From Candidatus Methylomirabilota bacterium (GTDB taxonomy: Bacteria; Methylomirabilota; Methylomirabilia; Rokubacteriales; CSP1-6): a stretch of 45,413 bases of DNA. A program made the translations under genes and the position numbers. Positions within the stretch are counted from its first letter, which is position 1; each line of letters opens with the position of its first letter. The notes beneath the pieces were generated by a model. That model made no database searches. It saw only the letters and a list, made by a program, of their open reading frames with translations, and was not told the DNA's origin. The stretch is from NCBI GenBank assembly GCA_046726415.1, contig JBKPAK010000142.1:1-45413 (forward strand), in the 5' to 3' direction. Below, one piece after another: positions 17,853-28,613 of this stretch.

Positions 17853-19871
17853 CTAGGTGTCGTACAAATGGCAGGCCACCCGATGGCCAGGCGCCTGCTC
17901 CGCTAGCTGCGGCTCGATCTCGGCGCACCGGGGCAGCGCGTGGGGGCAGCGCGGATGGAACCGACACCCCGTCGGGGGATTGAACGCACTGGGCACTTCG
18001 CCGGCGATGACCACCTCTTCTCGCACGTCATCGGGGTGGGCGGGCATGGCATTCGAAAGCAGAATGTGGGTGTAGGGGTGCAGCGGCCGAGCGTAGAGCT
18101 CCTCGCTGGTCGCGGTTTCCACGAGCTTGCCGAGATACATCACGCCGATCCGCGTGCTCACATACTTGACCGCCGCGAGATCGTGCGCGATGAAGAGATA
18201 GCTCACCCCCAGGCGGTCCTGGATTTCGCACAGGAGATTCATGACCTGGGCGCGGATCGACACGTCGAGCGCGGACACCGCCTCGTCGAGCAGGATGCAC
18301 TCGGGCTCGGTGGTCAAGGCCCGGGCCAGCGCCACGCGCTGCCGCTGCCCTCCGGACAGTTCGTGCGGGTAGTCGTTGACCACGCGGGGCCGCAGGCCGA
18401 CGCGCTCCAGCGACGTCGCGATGCGTGCCTCCACTTCCGCCCGGGAGATATCCGGTTGAGTCTGAGCCAGCGGCTCACCGACCGTCGTGCGAATCGGTAG
18501 GCGCGGATTGAGCGAGCTGTAGGGATCCTGGAAGACGGCCTGCACCGCCCGGCGATACCGGCTCAGACCATCGCGGTCCAGGGCATGGACGTCCCGCCCC
18601 CGGAAGAGAATACTCCCGCTGGTCGGACGCTCCAGCAGCAAGACCAGGCGCGCGGTGCTGGTCTTCCCGCACCCGCTCTCCCCCACCAGGCCCAGCGTCT
18701 CCCCACGCCGCAGCGCGAAGTCCACTCCGTCAACGGCCTTGACCGTGCCCACCGTACGGCTGAAAATCGCGCCTCGCGTGACGGGGAAGTGCTTGGTGAG
18801 CGCCCGCGCCTCGAGCACGACATCGCCAGGCGCGATCGCGGAACGCGGCGCGCCCGGTGCGCTCGCGATCGAGATCGACCGGCGCACCGGCGGCCCTGCC
18901 GTCTCCGCGGCGCGGAAGCACGCCACCAGATGCTGGGGCCCGGTGGCCTCCAGCGACGGAGTGGCGTCCTGGCACCTCGATTCGGCCAGGGGACATCGAG
19001 GCGCGAAGCTGCAGCCTGGCGGCAGGGTGGCGAGGTCGGGCGGCTGGCCCTCGATGGCGACCAGCGGTGCACGGCCGCGCGTGAGGGTCGGCAGGCAGCT
19101 CAGGAGCCCCGCGGTGTACGGGTGCCGTGGGCGATCGAAGATGTCCCGCGTCCTCCCCGTCTCCACGATCCGGCCTGCGTACATGACCGCCACGCGGTCG
19201 CAGAGCTTGGCCACGATGCCGAGATCGTGGGTGACGAAAATCATGGCGAGATTCGTCTCGCGCTGGATGTCTTTCAGCAAGCGCAGGTACTGCGCCTGAA
19301 TCGTCACGTCCAGCGAGGTCGTCGGCTCGTCGGCGATCAGGAGGCTCGGCTGGCAGGAGATCGCGATGGCGCCGGCCACCCGCTGGCGGATCCCGCCGCT
19401 CATCTGATGCGGGTAGGCGTGCGCGCGCCGTTGGGGGTCGCTGATCCGCACCTGGCGCAGCAGTTCGACGACGCGCTCGTCAAGAGCGCGCCGCCGCAGC
19501 CCGCGGTGCAGCCGAAGCGTTTCGGCGATCTGCTCTCCGACGGTCAGGGCGGGGTTCAGCGACGCCATGGGGTCCTGCAAGATCATCGCGATCCGCGAGC
19601 CGCGCAGCTCGCGCATCTCTTCCCGGCTCTTGGTCAGCAGATCCTCCCCTTCGAAGGTGAGCTGGCCGCCCACGATGCGCCCGCCCGGCTCGGGGACGAG
19701 CCGCAGGATTGACAGGCACGTCATCGACTTCCCCGATCCCGACTCGCCCACGATCCCCAGCGTCTCGCCGCGGCGCACGGCGAAGCTCGCGCCATCGACG
19801 GCTTTGACGATCCCCCGGCGGGTGTAGATGTACGTGCGCAGGTCGCGGACTTCGAGCAATGCGTCACTCAT
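17853..19871 (-). CDS. Fused DppD/DppF ABC ATP-binding protein
   Basis: Two Walker A motifs ([16 protein letters not shown]), two signature motifs, two C-terminal C-x-F-x-PRC domains. Confidence 0.94.
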   Translation of the reverse strand: MSDALLEVRDLRTYIYTRRGIVKAVDGASFAVRRGETLGIVGESGSGKSMTCLSILRLVPEPGGRIVGGQLTFEGEDLLTKSREEMRELRGSRIAMILQDPMASLNPALTVGEQIAETLRLHRGLRRRALDERVVELLRQVRISDPQRRAHAYPHQMSGGIRQRVAGAIAISCQPSLLIADEPTTSLDVTIQAQYLRLLKDIQRETNLAMIFVTHDLGIVAKLCDRVAVMYAGRIVETGRTRDIFDRPRHPYTAGLLSCLPTLTRGRAPLVAIEGQPPDLATLPPGCSFAPRCPLAESRCQDATPSLEATGPQHLVACFRAAETAGPPVRRSISIASAPGAPRSAIAPGDVVLEARALTKHFPVTRGAIFSRTVGTVKAVDGVDFALRRGETLGLVGESGCGKTSTARLVLLLERPTSGSILFRGRDVHALDRDGLSRYRRAVQAVFQDPYSSLNPRLPIRTTVGEPLAQTQPDISRAEVEARIATSLERVGLRPRVVNDYPHELSGGQRQRVALARALTTEPECILLDEAVSALDVSIRAQVMNLLCEIQDRLGVSYLFIAHDLAAVKYVSTRIGVMYLGKLVETATSEELYARPLHPYTHILLSNAMPAHPDDVREEVVIAGEVPSAFNPPTGCRFHPRCPHALPRCAEIEPQLAEQAPGHRVACHLYDT

Positions 19872-19911
19872 GGTGGGGGCGATCGCTGCCGTGGGCGTCC
19901 ACTGGCTCAGG

Positions 19912-20020
19912 TCAAAGGGGCCCGGGCAGCGCTTGGGCGACATCCTGGCCGGGCACGACCGGGACGGTTTCGAACTCGAGGTCGGACCACGCGGCGACCC
20001 AGCGCGGCCATGAAGAGCAG
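19912..20020 (-). pseudogene. DUF3303-like remnant
   Basis: AGGAG SD and CTG-LFM start-like segment, then out of frame RWVAAWSDLEFETVPVV..; resembles both ends of DUF3303 proteins as recalled. Confidence 0.55.
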
Positions 20021-20033
20021 CCGACGCTCCTGC

Positions 20034-20933
20034 TCACACCTGGCGGAGCTTCGGGTCGAGCCGATCGCGGACCCAGTCGCCGAGAATGTTCAACGACAGC
20101 ACCGTCACCAGGATCGCGATGCCGGGGAGGATCGAGACCCACCAGGCGCGTTCGATCAGGCCACGGCCGTCCGCCACCATCACGCCCCACGACGGGGTGG
20201 GCGGCGGGATGCCGACACCGAGGAAGCTGAGCGCGGCCTCGAGCACGATGACGTAGCCGACGTGCAAGGTGGCCAGCACGAGGATCGACGGGAGCAGGTT
20301 GGGCACGATGTGGCGGAACATGATGGTCAGGCTGGAGCAACCGGCCACGCGGGCCAGGGCCACGAAATCCTGCTGCTTCAGTCCCAGTGTCTCCCCCCGG
20401 ACGAGCCGCGCGTAGCTGGGCCACAAGAGGAACACGACGACGATGATCACGTTCTGGAACGAGGGCTCGAACACCACCGAGAGCAAGACCGCGATCAGGA
20501 TGCCGGGGAGGGAGAGCGAGATGTCCACCAACCGCATGAGCAGCGTATCCGTCCAGCCCCCGACGAAACCGGCCAGCAGACCGACGAAGCTTCCCATCGT
20601 CCCCGTTAAGAGGATGCCCACGATCGACACCGAGAGGGAGATCCGTGCGCCGTACACCAGCCGGCTCAGCACGTCGCGGCCGTGCCGGTCGGTCCCGAGC
20701 GGGTGGTCGAGCTTCCCACCCTCCATCCCGAGCGGAGGGATGAGCCGCTCGCCGAGCGAGCCCTCCACCGGCGAACGGGGGGCGAGCCAGGGCGCGAACA
20801 CCGCGCAGACTACGAGGGCGATGACGATGGCCAGGGGAACGGTGGGCGGCCAGCGTCGCTCACCTCGCTGCGGAGCGGCGATGGTCACGGGGGGCGCCGC
20901 GGCCGGGGGCGCGACCGCGGTGGGCGTGCTCAT
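20034..20933 (-). CDS. Peptide/nickel ABC transporter permease (DppC type)
   Basis: HPLGTDRHGRDVLSR, PPPTPSWG; ATGA overlap with the upstream permease. Confidence 0.93.
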   Translation of the reverse strand: MSTPTAVAPPAAAPPVTIAAPQRGERRWPPTVPLAIVIALVVCAVFAPWLAPRSPVEGSLGERLIPPLGMEGGKLDHPLGTDRHGRDVLSRLVYGARISLSVSIVGILLTGTMGSFVGLLAGFVGGWTDTLLMRLVDISLSLPGILIAVLLSVVFEPSFQNVIIVVVFLLWPSYARLVRGETLGLKQQDFVALARVAGCSSLTIMFRHIVPNLLPSILVLATLHVGYVIVLEAALSFLGVGIPPPTPSWGVMVADGRGLIERAWWVSILPGIAILVTVLSLNILGDWVRDRLDPKLRQV

Positions 20934-21850
20934 GCCGAATACCTGATCTTCGGGTTGAGATAGGCGTACAGGACGTCGACGAGCAGGTTCACGCCGATGT
21001 ACATCGCGCTGAGGCACAGGACCACCGCCTGCACGATCGGATAGTCCCGCGAGTCGACGGCCTCGATGACGAGCAGTCCCAAGCCCGGCCAGCTGAACAC
21101 CGTCTCCGTGATGATCGAGCCGTTCATGAGCGCCACGAAGAGGAGAGCGGCAAACGTCACCACCGGCAGCGCCGCGTTCTTGAACGCGTGCTTCCAGATC
21201 ACCTGCCGCTCGGGCAACCCCTTGATGCGCGCCAGCTTGACGTATTCGCTGCCGAGCACGTCCAGCATCGAGGAGCGGGTGAGACGCATGAGCCCGGCCA
21301 CCGCGAACCAGCCGAGGGTGATTCCGGGTAGCACGATGTGCAGGGGAGAACCGCGCCCGGAGGTCGGCAAGACATGCAGGAGCACGCCAAAGACGAGGAC
21401 GAGGAGCAGCCCGAGCCAGAAGGGTGGCACGGCCTGGCCCAGCGCCGCGAACGCCCGGGCGACGTAGTCGAGCGGTCGGCCACGTCGGACGGCCGCGTAT
21501 ACCCCCACGGGGATGGCGACCCCGATCACGATGAGGACGGCCAGCCCGCCCAGTTCCAGCGTGGCCCCGTAGCGCTCCAAGACCAAATCCATCGCGGGGC
21601 GCCGGAAGCGGATGGACTGGCCGAAATCACCCTGGACCGCGCGTGACACGAACCACCAGTACTGCACGGGCCACGGGCGATCGAGACCGAGGTGCGCACG
21701 CATGGTCGCGATATCCGCCTGCGATGCCTCCGGGGGCGCCATGATCTGGATGGGGTCCCCGGAAAGCCGGACGAGGGCGAAGACCACAACCGACACCACG
21801 AATAGCGACACGAGCGCCTGCGCGAGCCGACCGACGATATACCGTTGCAC
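20930..21850 (-). CDS. Peptide/nickel ABC transporter permease (DppB type)
   Basis: GDFGQS, EYVKLARIKGL, ETVFSWPGLG, RDYP; GTG start. Confidence 0.93.
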   Translation of the reverse strand: MQRYIVGRLAQALVSLFVVSVVVFALVRLSGDPIQIMAPPEASQADIATMRAHLGLDRPWPVQYWWFVSRAVQGDFGQSIRFRRPAMDLVLERYGATLELGGLAVLIVIGVAIPVGVYAAVRRGRPLDYVARAFAALGQAVPPFWLGLLLVLVFGVLLHVLPTSGRGSPLHIVLPGITLGWFAVAGLMRLTRSSMLDVLGSEYVKLARIKGLPERQVIWKHAFKNAALPVVTFAALLFVALMNGSIITETVFSWPGLGLLVIEAVDSRDYPIVQAVVLCLSAMYIGVNLLVDVLYAYLNPKIRYSA

Positions 21851-22033
21851 GCCTGTCTTACATGGAGGGGCCGGGGGGACCCCTCCGATTGAGCTCCTGA
21901 GATGTATTCGTAGTTCGCCTCTATGCGCGGACGCATTCTAGCCGAGCATCACTCGCCGTCAAAGGCGCCCCTCGCCGCGGCCGGGCTTGCTATTGCAAGC
22001 GAGACACGATACGAAGAGCGGCGGAGGAGAGAC

Positions 22034-22286
22034 ATGACCGGTCGACGACGACTGACCCCCGCGTGTGTCGCGATGAAGCAGGCGCTGGAGACCGACCGCA
22101 AGAAGCGCGAGAGGCGATTTGCACCAGATCCAGCAGCTGCTCTACGAGCGGGTCAGGTTCGGACCCATTTATGAGTACATTTGGCCGAGCGGCCTGGGGC
22201 CGCGGGTAGCCGAGCCGCCGCTGATGCTGATCAATCCCTACCCCTGGTCGGCGCCTTTGGAGGAGGTCCGTCTCAAGAAGAACTGA
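22034..22286 (+). pseudogene. Collapsed, frameshifted family-5 SBP remnant
   Basis: GGAGGAG SD and ATG, then KQALETDRKKRE / frameshift / LHQIQQLLYERVRFGPIYEYIWPSGLGPRVAEPPLMLINPYPWSAPLEEVRLKKN*, an SBP C-terminus. Confidence 0.75.
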
Positions 22287-22391
22287 GGCGCCGGGTGAGA
22301 TGAGGGCCTCGAACCGGCCCTCCGAACCCCGACGCTCGGGCACCCCGGCACAGCCGGGGTACCTCTCGATACTTCGACGAGGAGGTCTGTC

Positions 22392-23327
22392 ATGAGCGAG
22401 CGTTCGACCGGCCGGATCACCTGGTTCAACGGCCGCTTCGTGTCCGAGCGTCAGGTGCTGATTCCGTATCGCGACCGGAGCTTCAATCGCGGGGACGGCT
22501 GCTTCGACATGACCCGGACCTTCGACGGAAGGATCTTCCGGCTCGGCGAGCACATCGAGCGCCTTTACCGCTCGCTCAAATATCTCCGGATCGATCCGGG
22601 CCTCGAGGCCAAGGAGATGATCGCCATCACCGAGCAAGTGGTGGAACGCAACGAGCCGTTGCGGGCGGCGGCCGGGGACTGGTGGGTGGGGCAGCGCATC
22701 AGCCGCGGCGTGGATGCCGTCGGCGACGAGGGGTGGGCGGACACCGGCCCTCAGATCATCGTCGACTGCACGCCGCTGCCGCTGCGGGCGCGGGCCCGGC
22801 TGTTCCGAGACGGCATCGACGTGATCGTGCCGTCCATCCGTCGGACACCGCCCCACATGCAGAGCCCACGGGCCAAGACGCACAACTATCTGAACCTCAT
22901 TCTGGCCGACAAGGAGGTCAAGGCGCGGCAGCCGGAGGCCTGGTCACTGCTGCTCGACGAGCACGGCAACCTGTGCGAGGGCATCGGCAGCAACATCTTC
23001 GTGGTGCGCGAGGGCCGCCTCTTCACTCCCCGAGAACGCTACGTCCTTCCCGGGGTCAGCCGGCAGACCGTGATGGAGCTCGCCGGGGAACTGGGCGTAC
23101 CGTGCGAGGAGTGCGACATCGACCTCTACGACGCGGTGACTGCGGCCGAGGTCTTTCTGACCTCCACCAGCCTCTGCATCTGCCCGGTGCGCTCAGTCAA
23201 TGGACACCTGATCGGCGAGGGGCGCGTACCGGGGCCGATCACACACCGTCTCACCCAGGCCTACATCGCGCATGTCGGGGCGGACTTCGTGGCGCAGTAC
23301 CTGAGGCATCTGCCGGCCTCCGGGTGA
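22392..23327 (+). CDS. Class IV PLP aminotransferase (branched-chain/D-amino-acid type)
   Basis: DRSFNRGDGCFD, AKTHNYLN (PLP lysine), EGIGSNIF, LPGVSR, EVFLTST. Confidence 0.92.
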   Translation: MSERSTGRITWFNGRFVSERQVLIPYRDRSFNRGDGCFDMTRTFDGRIFRLGEHIERLYRSLKYLRIDPGLEAKEMIAITEQVVERNEPLRAAAGDWWVGQRISRGVDAVGDEGWADTGPQIIVDCTPLPLRARARLFRDGIDVIVPSIRRTPPHMQSPRAKTHNYLNLILADKEVKARQPEAWSLLLDEHGNLCEGIGSNIFVVREGRLFTPRERYVLPGVSRQTVMELAGELGVPCEECDIDLYDAVTAAEVFLTSTSLCICPVRSVNGHLIGEGRVPGPITHRLTQAYIAHVGADFVAQYLRHLPASG

Positions 23328-23393
23328 GTGCGGACGCTCTCGGCGGTGAGGTTCGCCACAGCGAGCGTCATCCACTGGTGGCCGAGGGCGATG

Positions 23394-24761
23394 TCAACCG
23401 TCGGGAGGCTCGCTGACGCCCTGGGCGACGAGGTCGTCCAGTTCACGGTAGTCGGGGAGGTGCCGCGCGATGGGTCGGCCGTTCCGCAGCACCACCCGGT
23501 CCGCCTGCGGCCGCGAGAGTAGCTCACTGAAGTCTCGGCCCTTGAAGAGAACGAGGTCAGCGGGCAGGCCAGGCCCGATCCGGCCGGCGTCGGGCAAGCG
23601 CATCAGGTCGGCAGGAGTGGTAGTCACCGCGCGGGGCCAGTCGGCGTACGGTCGATCGAGGTGGCAGATGCGGGTAGCCTCGCGGAAGACCTCGAGCATG
23701 TCGTGATCACCGAAGCCGTAGAATGCATCGCGACAGTTGTCGCTGGCCACGGCGATCGGGATACCCCGCGACTTCATCTCGTGTAGCAGCGTGGCACCTC
23801 GCCAGCGGGGCGTGCGGCCGGGCACCCGATCCTGTAGGTAAAGGTTACACATCGGCAGGCTGACCACGGCGATCCCGGCCTTCACAACCAGGTCCAGGGT
23901 CTCGGCAACGGCGTCGGGCGGCTGGATGGCCAGACTGCAGCAGTGGCCACACACCACGCGACCGGCGAAGCGACGGCGGAGCACCGCCCGCGCGATATGC
24001 GGCAGCGCCCGGGCGCCCACATCACCGCTCTCGTCGCAGTGGAAGTCCACGTCGAGCCGGCGCTGCGCAGCGAGGTCGAGCAACCGCTCGAGAAGGGTGT
24101 CGATGTCCGGCACCATGTAGGCAACCGCGCCGAGGACCCCGCCGGCGGCCGCCACGCGGTCGGCAAGAGCCTCGCCGGCCGCGCTGCCGAACAGATCGAG
24201 GCTGACTAGGGACACGCCTTGCAGTTCGATCCGGCCTGCCCACGCCCGGCGCAGCTCTTCCATCACCCCCCAGCTGATCTCGGCCTGTGGCGAGAACGAG
24301 TCGAGGTGTGTGCGCACCGCCTTCGAGCCGTGCGCGTAGCTGCACGCCAGGCCGAACTCCATGCGACGTCGGACGTCCTCTGCCGACCAGTGCCGCGCGC
24401 GGTCCGCCGCTACCGTCTGCACCGCGGCGGCGAAGGTACCGTCAGGGTTCGGAGCCCGCCGCCAGATGTGCCCCTTGTCGAGATGGGTGTGGACGTCGAT
24501 CAAGCACGGCCACACCAGGCCCCGGCCCAGGTCGAGGCTCGCATCGCAAACGATCCCCGCCGGCCCCTCGACGGGGCGGGCCGAAGGCATCGCCGCCTCC
24601 ACGGCGATGATGCGACCGTCGCCAATGGTCAGGTCGACGAGGGCAAGTCCGTCAGAGGAGACGGCCGAGGGCGCCCGCTCGGTGAGCAGGGCGACCGGGA
24701 CCGTGGCGTTGCGCAGCCGGTACGCGTCACGCTCCGGGACCGCGACGAAGCCGGGGATCAC
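23394..24761 (-). CDS. Cytosine-deaminase-family amidohydrolase
   Basis: DVHTHLDKG, DFHCDE, GHC and ASDN metal/catalytic motifs. Confidence 0.9.
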   Translation of the reverse strand: MIPGFVAVPERDAYRLRNATVPVALLTERAPSAVSSDGLALVDLTIGDGRIIAVEAAMPSARPVEGPAGIVCDASLDLGRGLVWPCLIDVHTHLDKGHIWRRAPNPDGTFAAAVQTVAADRARHWSAEDVRRRMEFGLACSYAHGSKAVRTHLDSFSPQAEISWGVMEELRRAWAGRIELQGVSLVSLDLFGSAAGEALADRVAAAGGVLGAVAYMVPDIDTLLERLLDLAAQRRLDVDFHCDESGDVGARALPHIARAVLRRRFAGRVVCGHCCSLAIQPPDAVAETLDLVVKAGIAVVSLPMCNLYLQDRVPGRTPRWRGATLLHEMKSRGIPIAVASDNCRDAFYGFGDHDMLEVFREATRICHLDRPYADWPRAVTTTPADLMRLPDAGRIGPGLPADLVLFKGRDFSELLSRPQADRVVLRNGRPIARHLPDYRELDDLVAQGVSEPPDG

Positions 24762-24762
24762 G

Positions 24763-25542
24763 TCAGCCCTCGCGCTGGACGGCGCTCTCGTGCCACTTCT
24801 TGAGGATGACGTACGAGAGGCCGGTCAAAGTCAGAAAAATCAGGATGCCGGTGCCGGTGATCATGAGCAGCGCCGCGAACATGCGTGGGATCTGCAGCGT
24901 GTAGCCAGACTCGAGAATGCGATAGGCGAGCCCTGACTGCGAGCCGCCGGTGCCGGCCACGAACTCCGCCACCACCGCGCCGATCAGCGCCAATCCCCCG
25001 CTGATGCGAAGACCCCCGAGGAAATAGGGCATCGCGCTGGGAAGCCGGAGGTACCAGAGAGTCTGGCGGCGTGTCGCACCGTAGAGCTGGAACAGATTGA
25101 GGAGGTTGTGGTCGGTGCTGTTGAGCCCCAACGTCGTGTTGGAGACGATGGGGAAGAACGCCACGATCCAGGCGCAGATCAGGAGCGCGAGGGGGATGTT
25201 CTTGACCCAGATGATGATGAGCGGTGCGATGGCGACGACAGGCGTCACCTGCAAGACGACCGCGTAGGGGAAAAAGCTCATCTCCACCCACCGCGACTGC
25301 GTGAACAGGATCGCGATCAGCACGCCCGCGATGGTGGCCACGAGCAAGGCCGCCCCGGTGATGGCCAAGGTCACCAGCAGGGACGGGAACAGCGTGTCCC
25401 AGTCCCGAACCAGGGTCTGCAGCACGAGCCACGGGCTGGGAAGGATGTAGTAAGGGATCGCGTTCAGCCGTACCACCAGTTCCCAGGCCACGAGGCCGGC
25501 GGCGCCGATGACGACGGGGGGGACGATCCGGCGTGCGTTCAG
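24763..25542 (-). CDS. NitT/TauT-family ABC permease (probable CTG start)
   Basis: W.L.VR..IP.YILPSP, EAA loop, GAVVAEF; frame extends 5' of the GTG at 25491 through TM1 to a CTG overlapping the ATPase TGA. Confidence 0.88.
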   Translation of the reverse strand: MNARRIVPPVVIGAAGLVAWELVVRLNAIPYYILPSPWLVLQTLVRDWDTLFPSLLVTLAITGAALLVATIAGVLIAILFTQSRWVEMSFFPYAVVLQVTPVVAIAPLIIIWVKNIPLALLICAWIVAFFPIVSNTTLGLNSTDHNLLNLFQLYGATRRQTLWYLRLPSAMPYFLGGLRISGGLALIGAVVAEFVAGTGGSQSGLAYRILESGYTLQIPRMFAALLMITGTGILIFLTLTGLSYVILKKWHESAVQREG

Positions 25543-26360
25543 AACCTGATCGCCTCGGCCAGACGCCCGGACACCTGCCCGCAGTACTGGTTGTAGAGGA
25601 CCGACGTTCGGAACGCGTCGTCGCGCGGGCTGGGCGCTTCGATGGCGATCTCGCTGGCCACCCGGCCCGGCCGCGCCGTCATCACCGCAATCCGCGTGGA
25701 CAGATACACGGACTCGTACACGCTGTGCGTCACGAACACCACCGTCCAGCGCTGGCTGGTCCAGAGCTGGAGCAAATCGTTGTCGAGCTTGAAGCGCGTG
25801 ATCTCATCGAGAGACGCAAAGGGCTCGTCCATCAGGAGGATGCGCGGGTGCGTGACCAGGGCGCGGGCGATGGACACCCGCATCTTCATGCCGCCGGACA
25901 GTTCCCGGGGATACGCGCGCTCGAAGCCCGGGAGCCCGACCATGGCGATGGCTTCCTCCACCCTGGCCGTGGCCTCCCCGGGCGGCGTGCTCCGCAGCGT
26001 CAGCGGGAGGAGCACGTTCTTGAACACGGTGGCCCAGGGCATCAACGTGGGGTCCTGGAACACGAAGCCGATGTCGCGCTGGGGTACGCCTCCGCCGGCC
26101 CCCTGCCAGTCGATGGTGCCGCCGGAGAGATCGCCGAGTCCGGCCACGAGCCGCAGCACCGTGCTCTTGCCGCAGCCGGACGGGCCGAGAAGGCTCAGGA
26201 ACTCCCCCTCGACGACGTCGAGGTTCAGGTCCCGCAGGGCCACGACTCCATTGGAGTACACCTTATCGACGTTCCGGATCCTGACCATCGGCGAGGCCGC
26301 CTCCGGCCGCCCAACCTCGACCCGCCGAGGAGGAACGAGCGAAGTGGTACCGCCACTCAC
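25539..26360 (-). CDS. NitT/TauT-family ABC ATP-binding protein
   Basis: [21 protein letters not shown]. Confidence 0.94.
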   Translation of the reverse strand: MSGGTTSLVPPRRVEVGRPEAASPMVRIRNVDKVYSNGVVALRDLNLDVVEGEFLSLLGPSGCGKSTVLRLVAGLGDLSGGTIDWQGAGGGVPQRDIGFVFQDPTLMPWATVFKNVLLPLTLRSTPPGEATARVEEAIAMVGLPGFERAYPRELSGGMKMRVSIARALVTHPRILLMDEPFASLDEITRFKLDNDLLQLWTSQRWTVVFVTHSVYESVYLSTRIAVMTARPGRVASEIAIEAPSPRDDAFRTSVLYNQYCGQVSGRLAEAIRF

Positions 26361-26394
26361 GACGCGCCAGTCGCCGGCGAGATGGTGTGGCCGG

Positions 26395-27450
26395 TCACGA
26401 CTTGCCGGTCTTCAGCTGCATACCGAATTTCTTGTTCACAAACTGAACAGTGTACGCGCGCTTCAGGTCGAGGTCGGGGGTGTAGAGGCCGGCCTCCACC
26501 ATGACCGCAAGGAAATCCTTCCAGCGAGCGTCGCTCATGGCGCCGATACCGAGCGTCTCGGCCTCACCCGACTCGACGAGTCCGTTCTTCTTCATGGCCG
26601 CCATGCTGTAGGCGATCTGATCGTCGTTCATGTCGGCGTTGTCTTTCTTGATGAGCGCGTTGGCAGGCCCCGGATCGCCGTAGAGGTAGCCGTACCAGCC
26701 CTCGATCGTGGCGTGCACGAACCGCCGGACGACGTCGGGTTTCTCCTGCACGAGCTTCCAAGATGTCTCGATGGTGTTGGAGTAGCTCGAATAGCCACCG
26801 TCGGCGAGGAGCATGACGACGATGTTGGCCCCGGCCTTCTGCAGCTTGTACGGCTCGCTGGTGAGATAGCCCTGCTGGATGGCCGTCTTGTCGGCGAGGA
26901 ACGGCGCCATGTTGAACGTGTAGGTGCGAATCTGCTCGTCCGAGTAGCCGAACTTCACCTTGAGGAACTGCCAGTAGCCGGCCCTGGCCGGCGGCGCGAT
27001 CATGATGGGTTTGCCCTTCAGCGCAGCGAGGTTGTCGTGGCCCTGGCCGGCGTGGGCGATGAGGACCTGAGGATCCTTCTGGAAGATGCTCCCGACGGTG
27101 ACCATGGGGATGCTGCTCTTGACGTAGTTCAGGGCGCTGAAGGAATTGCTTCCCATGTTGAAATCGATCACGCCCGAGGCCAGCAGCTGCGGGTGGTTGA
27201 TCTGCGGACCACCCATCCGGATCGTCACATCCAGGTTGTACTTCTTGTAGGTTCCCGCGCCGACCGCTTGGTAGTAGCCGCCGTGCTCGGCCTGTGCCTT
27301 CCAGTTCGTGCCGAAGGTGAGCTTGTCGACCGTAGACGCCCGCCCCGGGGCCGCTCCCCACGGGCTGAGTGCCCCGGCCGCCACCAGGGCCGAGGTCGTG
27401 AGAAATGACCGACGGGTCGCCGTCCGCGAGGCCTGAGGCATGTCGCTCAT
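26395..27450 (-). CDS. NMT1/THI5-like ABC substrate-binding protein, Tat-exported
   Basis: TRRSFL twin-arginine signal; [23 protein letters not shown]. Confidence 0.92.
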   Translation of the reverse strand: MSDMPQASRTATRRSFLTTSALVAAGALSPWGAAPGRASTVDKLTFGTNWKAQAEHGGYYQAVGAGTYKKYNLDVTIRMGGPQINHPQLLASGVIDFNMGSNSFSALNYVKSSIPMVTVGSIFQKDPQVLIAHAGQGHDNLAALKGKPIMIAPPARAGYWQFLKVKFGYSDEQIRTYTFNMAPFLADKTAIQQGYLTSEPYKLQKAGANIVVMLLADGGYSSYSNTIETSWKLVQEKPDVVRRFVHATIEGWYGYLYGDPGPANALIKKDNADMNDDQIAYSMAAMKKNGLVESGEAETLGIGAMSDARWKDFLAVMVEAGLYTPDLDLKRAYTVQFVNKKFGMQLKTGKS

Positions 27451-27507
27451 GGGTTTCCTCCTGCGTGAGTCACCTTGCGATCGCCACGCGCCGTCAGGCG
27501 CGACGTC

Positions 27508-27523
27508 AGCACGAGCCGTGCCA
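27508..27523 (-). promoter_or_regulatory. Putative sigma-54 promoter for the NMT1-ABC/deaminase operon
   Basis: TGGCAC-GGCTC-GTGCT with correct -24 GG / -12 GC spacing, about 57 nt upstream of the start. Confidence 0.6.
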
Positions 27524-27914
27524 GTCCCATGTGCGGGATGCACAGGCCACGACGCTCGACCGGCTCGCGACTTCGTGCGCACATGACGACGAGCCGTGCG
27601 AACGGAGTCGGAGCTTGCTCAGAAACGAGGCGCAACCGATCGAGGAATGGGCACCTCGACCGATCGCCGCTTGGCCTGACCCGACCTGGGCGTTGGACAA
27701 TGGTGTCCGTGCGAGGGTATCCACGATGGACTCGCTCCCGACTTTCGATCGACGAGGGCATCGACCCCTGCCCGAGAATGTTCCGGTAACGGTACTCTGG
27801 CTGCTGCCCGTGGGCAAGATCACTGGCCGTGGGCGGGGAGTCCGGAGCAGTCGGTATATCCCAAGACGCGTGACCGAATCCCCCCGGCCCTCGTCATCGG
27901 AAAGGAGAGAGCAC

Positions 27915-28304
27915 GTGAAACGAGAACTTCAGAACCCGCCCGGCGTGCACAAGCCTCAGGCCCACTATTCGCACGTGGCGCAGGCCGGGCCGACGCTCTA
28001 CATTGCCGGCCAGCTGGCCATGGATCCCTCGGGTACCGTCGTCGGCGTCGGCGACGCCGCCGCTCAGACGCGCCAGTGCTACCGAAACCTGGCCGCGATC
28101 CTCACCCACTATGGCGGGAACCTGCGCCACCTGGTGAAGACCACCACCTTCATCACTCACTGGGCGTATCGCCCGCTGGTGGCGGTCGCCCGCGACGAGT
28201 TCTTCCCCGCCCCTCCCTATCCGGCCAACACGCTGGTCGTCGTACAAGGTCTCGCCGAGCCCCATTTCCTGGTCGAGATCGAAGGCATCGCCGTCCTCGA
28301 CTGA
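27915..28304 (+). CDS. RidA/YjgF family protein
   Basis: YSH..AG..LYIAGQ, PANTLV.V.GL, VEIEGIA; AAGGAG SD with GTG start. Confidence 0.9.
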   Translation: MKRELQNPPGVHKPQAHYSHVAQAGPTLYIAGQLAMDPSGTVVGVGDAAAQTRQCYRNLAAILTHYGGNLRHLVKTTTFITHWAYRPLVAVARDEFFPAPPYPANTLVVVQGLAEPHFLVEIEGIAVLD

Positions 28305-28334
28305 CCGGCCACGGATGGGGACGCGCAGGGATTC

Positions 28335-28565
28335 CTAGGTCGGCTTCTCGGGGCCATGCTCTGGGACGAACTGGTCGCGTCGTGTGCTGAACGTGCGGAG
28401 CACGCTCCGGTCTCTTTCGAACGGGAGATTGGCGAGGCCGACGCCCGCGACGTCGTCAGGATCCAGGGGGCCGCAGCATCCTACGACGCGGCCCCGGGTC
28501 AGCTCGACCACCCACAATTTTCCGGATACGCGGTCCTTCCAGAGCTCACGCTTCGTCCCGGCCAT
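28335..28565 (-). CDS. Small hypothetical protein (76 aa)
   Basis: Co-oriented 48 bp after metK; protein-like composition; GCCGP motif. Confidence 0.55.
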   Translation of the reverse strand: MAGTKRELWKDRVSGKLWVVELTRGRVVGCCGPLDPDDVAGVGLANLPFERDRSVLRTFSTRRDQFVPEHGPEKPT

Positions 28566-28613
28566 GGCGAGGCCCTCACGTCTTTGCGGCCATGCCTGAC
28601 CCTCGTGCGCCGC

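Noticed and set aside
27405-27914. N-terminal extension of RidA (299-aa ORF)
   Set aside because: A strong SD and GTG at 27915 give a normal-length RidA; the extension overlaps the divergent promoter region.
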